From a virus: DNA of 64,000 nt. Under the pieces are notes generated by a model that saw only the letters and a program-made list of their open reading frames with translations, was not told where the DNA came from and did no database searches. Shown piece after piece: positions 36,713-45,879 of this stretch (the stretch's first letter is position 1; every line of letters starts with the position of its first letter). The translations under genes and the position numbers were made by a program. The stretch lies in the IMG/VR virus record IMGVR_UViG_3300022934_000003; one strand, written 5' to 3'.

Positions 36713-37591
36713 ATGGAAATAAAAGTAACAATCGAAGAACTTAGAAAGCATAAAGTATTTGTGGGAACACCAATGTATGGTGCTCAATGCGCTGGTACTT
36801 ATACTAAATCAAGTACTGACTTAGCAATGATAGCAGCTGCAAATGGTTTAAATTTCAGATTCTATTATCTATTTAATGAGAGTTTAATTCAAAGAGCTCG
36901 TAATTATATTGTAGATGAGTTTATGAGATCTGATTGTACTCATTTATTGTTCATTGATTCTGATATTGGTTTTAATGCAAGAGATGTTTTATCTTTATTG
37001 GCTGTTCAAACATCAGATCCAGAAAAATATAATATTGTTACTGGACCATATCCAAAGAAAACTATTGCATGGGAAAAGGTATACAAAGCAGCACAAGCAG
37101 GTAGAGCAGATGAAAATCCATTTGAATTAGAAAACTACGCTGCTGATTTTGTATTTAATCCAGTAAAGAAAGTTAATCAGTTTAATTTATCTGAACCAAT
37201 TGAAATTGGTGAAGGTGGTACAGGATTTATGTTAATTCCTCGTGAAACTTTTGAAAAGTTTGGTAAGGCATATCCTGAATTACAATATAAACCAGATCAT
37301 GTTAGAACACAACAGTTTGATGGTTCTCATGATATTATGGCTTATTTCGATTGTATAATCGATCCAGTGTCTAAGCGCTATTTGTCTGAAGATTATTTCT
37401 TCTGTCATAAAGCACGTGAAGCTGGAATGCATGTTTATATGTGTCCTTGGATGCAATTACAACATATAGGATCTTATATTTTCAAAGGAAATATGGCTGC
37501 TATTGGAAGTCTTGGTGTTTCTGCAACAGCAGATTCTTCTGGTAGTCGTAAAACTTATGAAAAGAAAAAGAAAAAGAAACGTAAAAAATAG
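36713..37591 (+). CDS. GT-A fold glycosyltransferase-like protein
   Basis: GTPMYG, ESLIQRARN, LFIDSDI (DxD), GTGFMLI, LSEDYFFC. Confidence 0.75.
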   Translation: MEIKVTIEELRKHKVFVGTPMYGAQCAGTYTKSSTDLAMIAAANGLNFRFYYLFNESLIQRARNYIVDEFMRSDCTHLLFIDSDIGFNARDVLSLLAVQTSDPEKYNIVTGPYPKKTIAWEKVYKAAQAGRADENPFELENYAADFVFNPVKKVNQFNLSEPIEIGEGGTGFMLIPRETFEKFGKAYPELQYKPDHVRTQQFDGSHDIMAYFDCIIDPVSKRYLSEDYFFCHKAREAGMHVYMCPWMQLQHIGSYIFKGNMAAIGSLGVSATADSSGSRKTYEKKKKKKRKK

Positions 37592-37620
37592 TTGACAACA
37601 GTTGACTATTGTGATATAAT
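37592..37620 (+). promoter_or_regulatory. Sigma70 promoter for the clamp operon
   Basis: TTGACA-N17-TATAAT. Confidence 0.8.
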
Positions 37621-37658
37621 TATAAAAATAATCGTGAATCATAGGAGCAAACTATATT

Positions 37659-38324
37659 ATGAAATTTTCTGAACAAACTCTTACTATTTTAAAGAGCTTT
37701 GCATCGATTAATAAATCGATTCTAATGAAACCTGGTAATACACTTAAAACTGTAACACCGGAAAAAACTTTGATCGCAACTGCAGATATTCCGGATACAA
37801 TCCCATCTGAAGCTTGCGTATATGATTTATCAAGATTTTTATCAATTCTTGGTCTTTATTCTGACCCAGATGTGGAATTTCATGATAAATACTTTATGAT
37901 TAAAGATGGTAAGCGTAAAACAAGATATGCTTTCGCTGACATCTCTATGATTCATGCAGCGCCAGAGAAGACAATTCAATTGCCTTCTAATGACGTTGAG
38001 GTTGATGTATCATGGGACGACTTACAGTCTGTTATTAAGGCTGCTGGTGTTCTACAATTTTCTGAGATTGCTTTCGTTGGTGAAGCAGGTAAAGTTTACC
38101 TAAAAGCCGTTGATAGTACATCTGAAAATTCTGATGATTATGGAATTGAAATTGGTGATACGTCTGATGAATTTAAGATTATTATTAAAAGTGATAATCT
38201 TAAGCTTTTACCTCAGGATTACAAAGTTACTCTTTGCGCGAAGGGTATCTCTGAGTTTAAAGGCAAGGGTGCTACATATTTTGTAGCAATTGATACTAAG
38301 TCGACTTATAAGGAAGGAAATTAA
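37659..38324 (+). CDS. Sliding clamp gp45
   Basis: MKFSEQTLTILKSFASIN.SI, YDLSRFL, NLKLLP.DY.V. Confidence 0.93.
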   Translation: MKFSEQTLTILKSFASINKSILMKPGNTLKTVTPEKTLIATADIPDTIPSEACVYDLSRFLSILGLYSDPDVEFHDKYFMIKDGKRKTRYAFADISMIHAAPEKTIQLPSNDVEVDVSWDDLQSVIKAAGVLQFSEIAFVGEAGKVYLKAVDSTSENSDDYGIEIGDTSDEFKIIIKSDNLKLLPQDYKVTLCAKGISEFKGKGATYFVAIDTKSTYKEGN

Positions 38325-38325
38325 A

Positions 38326-38598
38326 ATGAGTGAAGAAAACGCACAAGCACAAGAACAACAGCCGGTACAGGTTTCTTTGCAAGACATTGCAACTGTAGTA
38401 CAGATGATTGATGTAACATCACGTCGTGGTGCATTTGAAGGTAATGAATTGCAAGGTATTGGTATGCTACGTAATAAGCTAGAAGCTTTTTTACGTCAAA
38501 ACGCTCCTAAAGGTGAAGTACCTGAAGGCGAAATGCCAAACCCAGAAATGCCAGCGGATGTTCCAGCAGACGCTCCATTAGCTGATAAAGTTAGCTAA
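38326..38598 (+). CDS. Conserved T4-like hypothetical protein (start corrected to MSEEN)
   Basis: SD AGGA; L.D...V.MID...RRGAF.G.EL motif. Confidence 0.65.
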   Translation: MSEENAQAQEQQPVQVSLQDIATVVQMIDVTSRRGAFEGNELQGIGMLRNKLEAFLRQNAPKGEVPEGEMPNPEMPADVPADAPLADKVS

Positions 38599-38606
38599 TA
38601 AAACTT

Positions 38607-38631
38607 GAGGGAGGCAACTCCCTCTTTTTTT
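38607..38631 (+). terminator. Intrinsic terminator
   Basis: GAGGGAG-GCAA-CTCCCTC followed by a T-run. Confidence 0.85.
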
Positions 38632-38657
38632 CTTTTATATTATGATAAGGTGAATGA

Positions 38658-39611
38658 ATGGCTATTGACGCTAAAGAAAACGAAATTCTATTTGTAGAAA
38701 AATATCGTCCACAAAAGATTGACGATACAATTCTTCCAGAAAAAACAAAGAAAGCTTTTAAAAAATTTGTACAAGATGGAAGTATTCCAAACCTATTACT
38801 AACTGGTGGACCAGGTGTAGGTAAAACCACAATCGCTAAAGCAATGCTTGAAGAATTAGGTTGTGATTATATTGTAAAAAATGGTTCACTAAATGTAAAT
38901 ATTGATACACTGAGATATGATATATCAACATATGCATCAGCAGTTTCTTTAACTGGTGGTCGTAAATATGTAATTTTTGATGAAGCAGATTATCTAAATG
39001 CTGCATCAGTTCAACCTGCCCTTCGTAATTTTATTGAAGAGTATTCATCTAATTGCGGTTTTATTTTTACTTGTAACTTTAAAAATCGTATTATTCAACC
39101 ATTAAGATCTCGTTTATCTGAAATTGACTTCACGATCGAAACAAAAGATCGTCCTAAATTGGCAATGGACTTCTTTAAACGTGTTAATAATATTCTCGAT
39201 AATGAAAATATTGAATACGATCAAAAAGTAGTTGCAAAAGTAATTGAAAAGCATTTCCCAGATTTTCGCCGAGTATTAACTGAGCTTCAATCATATGCTG
39301 CTTCAGGTAAAATCGATGAAGGCATCTTTGTTAATCTTAAACAAGACTCTATGGATGCATTGTTTAAGTTATTAAAAGAAAAGAATTTTACTGAAATGCG
39401 TAAATGGGTTGCAAAAAACTCTGACCAAGATATGAATGAAATGTTTAGACGTATCTATGATATGGCAACAGATAAAGTTGAAATGAGATCTATGCCTGGC
39501 TTTGTTGTAACACTCGCTGATTATATGTACAAATCTAATTTTGTTGCCGATCAAGAAGTAAACATGGTAGCATTTTTAACAGAAGTAATGTTAGAAGCTG
39601 AATATAAGTAA
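38658..39611 (+). CDS. Clamp loader ATPase gp44
   Basis: EKYRP, GGPGVGKTT, DEAD, SR. Confidence 0.95.
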   Translation: MAIDAKENEILFVEKYRPQKIDDTILPEKTKKAFKKFVQDGSIPNLLLTGGPGVGKTTIAKAMLEELGCDYIVKNGSLNVNIDTLRYDISTYASAVSLTGGRKYVIFDEADYLNAASVQPALRNFIEEYSSNCGFIFTCNFKNRIIQPLRSRLSEIDFTIETKDRPKLAMDFFKRVNNILDNENIEYDQKVVAKVIEKHFPDFRRVLTELQSYAASGKIDEGIFVNLKQDSMDALFKLLKEKNFTEMRKWVAKNSDQDMNEMFRRIYDMATDKVEMRSMPGFVVTLADYMYKSNFVADQEVNMVAFLTEVMLEAEYK

Positions 39612-39790
39612 TGGGATTATTTAGTAAAAACAAAGCAAGTTGTTTTAATTGTGGTTCTAAGTTGAAAAAAAATAAAACATACACAGTTAAAATTAACACC
39701 ATCGAAGGTTTAATGAATGTTAAAGCTTGTGAAAAATGCGGTTTAGAACTAGATGAAATAGTTAAAGAATTTGAGCAGGTAATGAAATGA
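39611..39790 (+). CDS. 59-aa zinc-ribbon protein
   Basis: Hand-translated: CFNC...CEKC; coupled to gp44 and gp62. Confidence 0.6.
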   Translation: MGLFSKNKASCFNCGSKLKKNKTYTVKINTIEGLMNVKACEKCGLELDEIVKEFEQVMK

Positions 39791-40185
39791 GTAAAGATTA
39801 TAGCCCGTTTGATTTTATGAATGCTGTATCTTTTACTAAAGAAGATCTTATTGGTAATTCTGATTTACCAGAAATGGTAGAAAAACAATATACACCTTAT
39901 ATGGTTAATCGTGGATTTACTAATTTTGAAGATACGATTTTACATGCAAACGAAATGAATATGAGACATTATCTTTTTCATGATGCTCAATTTCAATATT
40001 ATCGTGCAGCATTACGTAAAAGAAAACGTTTTAGTAAATGGCCAAAAGCAGATAAAAGTATTGATTTAGATGCAATACAAGAAGTCTATCAATGTAATAG
40101 AACTGTTGCTAAACTATATTATAAAGCATTATCTGAAAAGGATATGAAATATGTACATGATAAGCTCGTTACTGGCGGCGCATGA
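39787..40185 (+). CDS. Clamp loader subunit gp62
   Basis: PFDFMN, Y.PYMVNR, ANEMN, RKRFSKW. Confidence 0.92.
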   Translation: MSKDYSPFDFMNAVSFTKEDLIGNSDLPEMVEKQYTPYMVNRGFTNFEDTILHANEMNMRHYLFHDAQFQYYRAALRKRKRFSKWPKADKSIDLDAIQEVYQCNRTVAKLYYKALSEKDMKYVHDKLVTGGA

Positions 40186-40265
40186 GATTATTGTTTTAAT
40201 AAATAATGTAAACGGTACATTCGAACCGATTGATTTTAACAATAATTATAAGGTGCTAACTTATT

Positions 40266-40670
40266 ATGCAAACGGAAGATATTTTTAAGGGAGTTGGTGT
40301 GGAAATTACATTACCTACTCCAGACAGTTTCTTAAAAATTAAAGAAACTTTAACCAGAATTGGTATTTCTTCTCGCAAAGAAAAAACTCTCTATCAAACA
40401 TGCCACATCCTTCATAAACAAGGAAGATATTCTATTCTACATTTTAAAGAATTATTCATTTTAGATGGCAAGTTAGATACATTTTCAGAAGAAGATAGAG
40501 CAAGAAGAAATACAATAGTGAACTTACTTGAAGAATGGGATTTACTTAAAGTTGTTGATAAAGAAGAAGCAGAAGCAGTTGTTACTCCATTAAATCAAAT
40601 TAAAATACTATCCCATAAAGAGAAAGGTGATTGGAATTTAGAAGCCAAATATAATATAGGAAAAAAATAG
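40266..40670 (+). CDS. regA: Translational repressor RegA
   Basis: FLKIKETLTRIGI, LYQTCHILHKQGRY.I.HFKELF.LDG. Confidence 0.95.
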   Translation: MQTEDIFKGVGVEITLPTPDSFLKIKETLTRIGISSRKEKTLYQTCHILHKQGRYSILHFKELFILDGKLDTFSEEDRARRNTIVNLLEEWDLLKVVDKEEAEAVVTPLNQIKILSHKEKGDWNLEAKYNIGKK

Positions 40671-40673
40671 ATC

Positions 40674-41186
40674 ATGAAAATTTATAAAGTGAATAAGGAA
40701 GCAACTCTTCCTGAATACGCAACCGACGGTTCCGCGTGTTTCGATGTTAAAGCATGTGTCAAAAAAGGTCAAAGACTTAAATCATATAATAACTGGAATA
40801 AAGAGATGGCGATTGTTGTCAAAGGTGTTGGCAATTCTCAAGATGCATTTCAACTTCCACCAGATTGTAGATGTTTAATCCCAACAGGTTTAATTTTTGA
40901 TATTCCAAAAGGCCACGTAATGAAAATGTATATTCGTTCTGGTACTGCTCTAAAGAAAGGATTACAACTATCAAATGGTACTGGTATTATTGATTCTGAT
41001 TATGTAGAAGAAACATACATTATGGTTACTAATGTAACTGATTCTTTAGTTACTATTGAAAATGGTGAAAGACTTGCACAATGTTTAATAGAAAAAACGT
41101 TACAAGAAGAAATTAAAGAAACTAAAACAGCTCCAAAACAAAAGACTAATAGAGATGGTGGTTTTGGAAGTACTGGAAAAAAATAG
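40674..41186 (+). CDS. dut: Trimeric dUTPase
   Basis: ATDGSACFD, RSG, GIIDSDY, GERLAQ, RDGGFGSTG. Confidence 0.95.
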   Translation: MKIYKVNKEATLPEYATDGSACFDVKACVKKGQRLKSYNNWNKEMAIVVKGVGNSQDAFQLPPDCRCLIPTGLIFDIPKGHVMKMYIRSGTALKKGLQLSNGTGIIDSDYVEETYIMVTNVTDSLVTIENGERLAQCLIEKTLQEEIKETKTAPKQKTNRDGGFGSTGKK

Positions 41187-41228
41187 TTGACAAAAGTTTA
41201 ATACTGTGTTATAATAGTATTATAAATA
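41187..41228 (+). promoter_or_regulatory. Tandem sigma70 and late promoters for hsp20
   Basis: TTGACA-N17-TATAAT (41187-41215), then TATAAATA (41221-41228). Confidence 0.75.
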
Positions 41229-41316
41229 GGATTATAGGAATGCCAATTGGGTTCCTGTATTAGACGCCGAGCCTTAGGCTGGCAATTTTAAACTCGCTTA
41301 ATAAAAGGAGAAAAAT

Positions 41317-41790
41317 ATGACACGTTCAATTACGCAAACGATGCTTAACGACCCATTCTTTATCGGCTTCGACCGAGTTGTAGATAGAATGCTTTCGGCC
41401 ACACCTGGCCAATCAAACTACCCTCCATATAACATTGTCAAACTCAATGACGAAGAATATCAGATTCAAGTTGCTGTTGCAGGCTTTAATCGCGATGAAA
41501 TCGATATTGAAGTTAAAGATGGTGTTCTTACAATTACTGGAGAAAAAGAAAGCGAAGATGAGACTAATTTCCTATATAAAGGAATTTCTGCACGTCAGTT
41601 CCGTCGTCGTTTTACTCTAAATGATACAGTTGAAGTTCAAACAGCTGATCTTAGTGATGGTATTCTAACAATTGATTTAGTTAATATCATTCCAGATGCG
41701 AGAAAACCTCGTAAAATTGCGATTGGTTTAAACTCAAATGTATTAGAAGGAGAGAAAGCAGAAGCCGAACTTCTTACTGAGGAGAAATAA
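41317..41790 (+). CDS. Small heat-shock protein Hsp20 (IbpA-like)
   Basis: IGFDR, NYPPYNI, AVAGF, KGISARQF.R.F.L, GILTIDL. Confidence 0.95.
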   Translation: MTRSITQTMLNDPFFIGFDRVVDRMLSATPGQSNYPPYNIVKLNDEEYQIQVAVAGFNRDEIDIEVKDGVLTITGEKESEDETNFLYKGISARQFRRRFTLNDTVEVQTADLSDGILTIDLVNIIPDARKPRKIAIGLNSNVLEGEKAEAELLTEEK

Positions 41791-41806
41791 AACACCACGT
41801 GTTTTG

Positions 41807-41830
41807 AAGGAGCCTTCGGGCTCCTTTTTT
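41807..41830. terminator. Intrinsic terminator with cUUCGg tetraloop
   Basis: AAGGAGCC-TTCG-GGCTCCTT-TTTT between convergent genes. Confidence 0.9.
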
Positions 41831-43586
41831 ATGATACGAAGCCAAATCCAGTACCAAATCCACCACCATTACCGCCATTACCGCCATTATTAACATTTGC
41901 AAAAGTACTAGTTCTGTTTCCTTCATTAACAGTTACAGGTGCTCCACTTACATTATTAATAATTGGCATGTTTATAGCAGTATTATTACCACCAGCACTT
42001 GATAGCATTTTTATTGCTTCATTGAAGCTACTGTTATTATTACTTTGTAAATCTAATATTTGATTATCATAATCAAATTTATTCATTCCTGGCTGTGTTT
42101 TATTACCTGGAATAATTTTTTGTATCGATCCATCAGAATTGAATTTTTGTTCTAGAAGTTCTGTATAAACTCTTCTTAAAAAGTCTTTTTGGCGCTTAGG
42201 TAATATAGCAAAGTCTTCATCATTAATTTTAATATCTTGAAATTCTTTTAAGAGCTGATTTGTTAATTGTACTGCTTGTGCTTGTACCATAGGATCTGCA
42301 TTTGCTTTTAACTCTTTTAATTTATTAATAAGTGCATCTGCTTTCTCTTGATCTAAACCACCTTCTACACCAAGTTTATCTCTAATTAAAGTATTAATTT
42401 CATTTCGTAAACTTGCCATTACTGGAGCATAATCTTGATCAGCAATGATTTTATCTTTTGCTGTTTGTATAGCAGCTTCTACTTTTAATTGTGATTTCTC
42501 ATCACCGTCAATTGCTTTATTAATATCATCTTGATTAATTAAATCTAGATTCATAGCTTGTTTTGTAGCATACTGAGTATTGATAGTTTTAGATACATCA
42601 GATTCCGACTTTTCTGGATCTAAACCCATAGCTTTTAAATCCGCAGTCATTTTTTCTCTTGCAGCTTTCATTGCTGCTCTTCTATCTTCCAAATATTTGT
42701 ATAAAGAATAACCAATACCTACAGCAAAACCTGCTATCGCTCCAACTAACATACCTCCGGGCCCAAACATTGCGCCTAACGCCATTCCTGAAATAGCACT
42801 ATTTGCTAAATTTACAGTTGTATTAGCCCAGTCTTGATCCACTCCCAAATTTGTTAGCCAAGATTTCATATCATCGGCATACATGTATGCAAGACCCGCA
42901 ACCATTAAAGCTGCACTTCTCGTTATTCCCATTCTTAAGGTACCACCAGTAGACAATTTAGTTCCTAGTACTCCTTGAACTATACCTTTAACACCAGCAG
43001 TAATAGCAGCACTTCCAAGTATAAAGCTCATAACTCCATCTAAACCTAAAGCAGCGAAATCATTTAATACAGCACCAACTTTATCAACGGCTGTTCCAAT
43101 AATTCCAAATCTTTCTTTTAATTTTGCTACTGGAATACCAAGTTCGTCTTCAAAAAACTTACTTGCACCACCATAAGCATCGAAAAAACCTTTAGCAACT
43201 AAGAATCCAGTTACACCTACTGCACTTATTCCTGCAAATTTTAATGCATCAGATACAATTCCTTTTACTGTAACTTTTTCTTGCTCTTTCTCTTTTTCTA
43301 CCGTGTTTGAATCTTCTGCCATTTGATTAGTTGCAGCAGCGCTATTTAATTCTGCTAATTGTTCAGAAGTTCTTTGCGCTTCAAGCTGATCGGACATAAT
43401 CCCAGCTTGATTTCTTAATATATTTGTCGAAGCTCTTATATTATATTCAATAGATTTAAATAATGGCGCAAATTTTTCTAACTCAATTTTTACATTACGA
43501 ATTGAATTTGTTCCTGAATTTCGTATAAGATCGCCTTCAGCTCGAAGTCTGTCGATTATAGCCTGTGTGTTTTCAGAAATAGCCAT
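41829..43586 (-). CDS. Tape-measure/baseplate hub protein (gp29-like)
   Basis: Helical, Ala/Gly-rich hydrophobic segments, Asn-rich tail; lies after gp26/gp51. Confidence 0.6.
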   Translation of the reverse strand: MAISENTQAIIDRLRAEGDLIRNSGTNSIRNVKIELEKFAPLFKSIEYNIRASTNILRNQAGIMSDQLEAQRTSEQLAELNSAAATNQMAEDSNTVEKEKEQEKVTVKGIVSDALKFAGISAVGVTGFLVAKGFFDAYGGASKFFEDELGIPVAKLKERFGIIGTAVDKVGAVLNDFAALGLDGVMSFILGSAAITAGVKGIVQGVLGTKLSTGGTLRMGITRSAALMVAGLAYMYADDMKSWLTNLGVDQDWANTTVNLANSAISGMALGAMFGPGGMLVGAIAGFAVGIGYSLYKYLEDRRAAMKAAREKMTADLKAMGLDPEKSESDVSKTINTQYATKQAMNLDLINQDDINKAIDGDEKSQLKVEAAIQTAKDKIIADQDYAPVMASLRNEINTLIRDKLGVEGGLDQEKADALINKLKELKANADPMVQAQAVQLTNQLLKEFQDIKINDEDFAILPKRQKDFLRRVYTELLEQKFNSDGSIQKIIPGNKTQPGMNKFDYDNQILDLQSNNNSSFNEAIKMLSSAGGNNTAINMPIINNVSGAPVTVNEGNRTSTFANVNNGGNGGNGGGFGTGFGFVS

Positions 43587-43599
43587 TTAATTTTAACCT

Positions 43600-43773
43600 T
43601 TATTTTGATTTATTTTGTTCGTTCTGTTCTTTTATATATTCAATTAACATAGTAAAGTAAATATCTCTCTCATAAGGTAACATATTTTCTATATCACTTA
43701 TAGAATATTTATGATGCTGAGCCAAAGCGAATACAATTTTATAATACTCACTAAGACTTGTATGACTCAGCAC
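43600..43773 (-). CDS. Baseplate hub assembly catalyst gp51-like
   Basis: Not in track: (V)LSHTSLSEYYKIVFALAQHHKYSISDIENMLPYERDIYFTMLIEYIKEQN. Confidence 0.85.
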   Translation of the reverse strand: MLSHTSLSEYYKIVFALAQHHKYSISDIENMLPYERDIYFTMLIEYIKEQNEQNKSK

Positions 43774-44477
43774 TAGATAAAAAAAGTTCGCATTCCCTCC
43801 ACTACAAACGTTTTTTCATCTCCATTACTATTCGTATATTTCATTTCATGTCTTAATTTAGGCATAGTTTCAAAAAACTTTTGAATGCTTTTAATAACAT
43901 TCCCGTCTAAATTATCCATAAAACCATCAATATCTTCAGCAGAATGATCTTTAAAATAATGCACTTCATCTGCAGAAGCAATTTTATCTAAACAATTAAT
44001 CATTACATTATAGTTCGTAAGAGCATCATCATCTTTATTACTTAATAATGCAAAAAATTCATTAATTGTCGGATACTTTAAATATAATACAAAATCTTCA
44101 TTAACTTGTATTTCATTTGTATGTTCATCATCATATGTTAATACTGGATCAGATTCTACATCTATACTTAGTGTAACTTCTTCTTCAGTATCCGGGTCTT
44201 TAATCGTAAATGCAATATTATTATCTACTGATTTAGATCTTAACATTAATAAAACATACTCCAAGTCAAACATTGCTAAATCATCCACATCCATATCAAT
44301 TAAGCAATTATTTACAACTTGTTTTGCAGCAAGTACCTCTTGCTCCGGTTCTTTTGATTCTTGTGCTACCAAAAGAATTTTTTCTTCTTTAACCGTAAAC
44401 GGTCTATATTTAATTTTTTCTTGTGTTGATGGTAAAATCAACTCAAATATTGGCAAATCAATTTTTGGTAAAGCCAT
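43773..44477 (-). CDS. Baseplate hub chaperone gp26-like
   Basis: MALPKI..P.FEL.LPS...YRPFTVKEEKILL, FFETMPKL, EGMRTFF. Confidence 0.9.
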   Translation of the reverse strand: MALPKIDLPIFELILPSTQEKIKYRPFTVKEEKILLVAQESKEPEQEVLAAKQVVNNCLIDMDVDDLAMFDLEYVLLMLRSKSVDNNIAFTIKDPDTEEEVTLSIDVESDPVLTYDDEHTNEIQVNEDFVLYLKYPTINEFFALLSNKDDDALTNYNVMINCLDKIASADEVHYFKDHSAEDIDGFMDNLDGNVIKSIQKFFETMPKLRHEMKYTNSNGDEKTFVVEGMRTFFI

Positions 44478-44492
44478 AATATTAACTCCTCA

Positions 44493-45266
44493 TTATCTAG
44501 TTACTTGATTTATCTCCCTTGAAATTCTATCAACTGAATTAGTAACTCTTGTAAATTTATTTACTGCATCTTGTACACTTCTTGGTATAATATTTTGTCC
44601 AATTAATTGTCCGACTCCTCCGATAGCGCTTATAAGTCCTAATAAGCCATTACCGCGTCCAAAAGGTGCAGTTGGTGAACCAATTTTTTCACCAGCATAA
44701 TGAATTCTATCGTATTGAAAACTTACTGGTAATACAGAAAATTGGTCATTGTTTTCCCAAGCCAAGTCTACATCTCCCATTTGTAAAGGAAATGCACCAT
44801 CTAAAACAACTTCATAATATTGGCCTGAGATATAATAGTTTGTAGAATAAGCTCTAATAATAACACGAGCTGAATACTCATCTTTATATCCTACTTCAAA
44901 AGGTAATTTACCATCTACTTCGGCAAAATCACCACCTTCATTAGAAAAGTTGATTACATTTTGTGCCCATGAATGCATGAATGATAATACTTGATGATCA
45001 GAATCTAGCATAAAAATAGCTTGCACTGGTTCTGGATTCCAAGTCATTGGCATAACTTTTCTCATTTGTGCAACAGGTTCCCAAATTTGAGATTGGAAAA
45101 CCATTCCAGGAATAGTAGCATTTTTACAAAAGAAAGTCATATCTCTAGAATTAGCTCTAGATCTAACACCAGGATAATTTACAATCTGTAATTCAAATAA
45201 AGAAGGTTTGGCTGGGCCACCAAACCAATCCATTTGTGATTTAAATTCTGATACATTAAATGCCAT
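44493..45266 (-). CDS. Tail tube initiator gp54-like
   Basis: Tube-protein fold motifs (C..A.IPG, AFP...G...L.W). Confidence 0.7.
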   Translation of the reverse strand: MAFNVSEFKSQMDWFGGPAKPSLFELQIVNYPGVRSRANSRDMTFFCKNATIPGMVFQSQIWEPVAQMRKVMPMTWNPEPVQAIFMLDSDHQVLSFMHSWAQNVINFSNEGGDFAEVDGKLPFEVGYKDEYSARVIIRAYSTNYYISGQYYEVVLDGAFPLQMGDVDLAWENNDQFSVLPVSFQYDRIHYAGEKIGSPTAPFGRGNGLLGLISAIGGVGQLIGQNIIPRSVQDAVNKFTRVTNSVDRISREINQVTR

Positions 45267-45267
45267 T

Positions 45268-45879
45268 TTATCCTCTTATAATTCTTCTAGAATCAGTATA
45301 AACTTTATTTGCCGTTGCACCAACAAATCTTTGTGATGGTAAGAATAAAGCAATATCCCATTCCGATGGTAATATATGAGCAGGTTTAGTTCTTACATGC
45401 TCACTTAAATAATGTTTAACACAAGGTTTAAATTCTTTAAACTTTGTTATACCATTTAACATTTTATAAGACGCTCTTATCTTAGTGCTTTCATCAAACC
45501 TTTTATTATTAAGAACTGTATATAATTGATCCATCAATTTAGCTCTTAAAATAGGTGGTAAGTAATGAAAGTTTATTCCTAAAAATCCGCCCTTAGCATT
45601 ATTTATTGGAAATATTAAAGGATATCTATCATAATATGGTAAAGTTTCTTTATGTTTTGGGTCATAACCAAACATATACATATGACCTAACATAAATGTG
45701 CCTTTTCTATTAACGCGAGATTGACTTATTGCTCTAATAGTTTTTTCTGGATCTGCTCTAGATCTACTAACGCCTTTAGCTTGTTCACGATACCATTCAC
45801 GAGCTTCGGCTGTACGAGCTGGTACTTTACCACCACGTATTCCGTCTAATAAAATATCGTCAAAAAGTTTAGAAGCCAT
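45268..45879 (-). CDS. DNA end protector gp2
   Basis: YDPKHKETLPYYDRYPL, GINFHYLPP, KPCVKHYL. Confidence 0.92.
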   Translation of the reverse strand: MASKLFDDILLDGIRGGKVPARTAEAREWYREQAKGVSRSRADPEKTIRAISQSRVNRKGTFMLGHMYMFGYDPKHKETLPYYDRYPLIFPINNAKGGFLGINFHYLPPILRAKLMDQLYTVLNNKRFDESTKIRASYKMLNGITKFKEFKPCVKHYLSEHVRTKPAHILPSEWDIALFLPSQRFVGATANKVYTDSRRIIRG

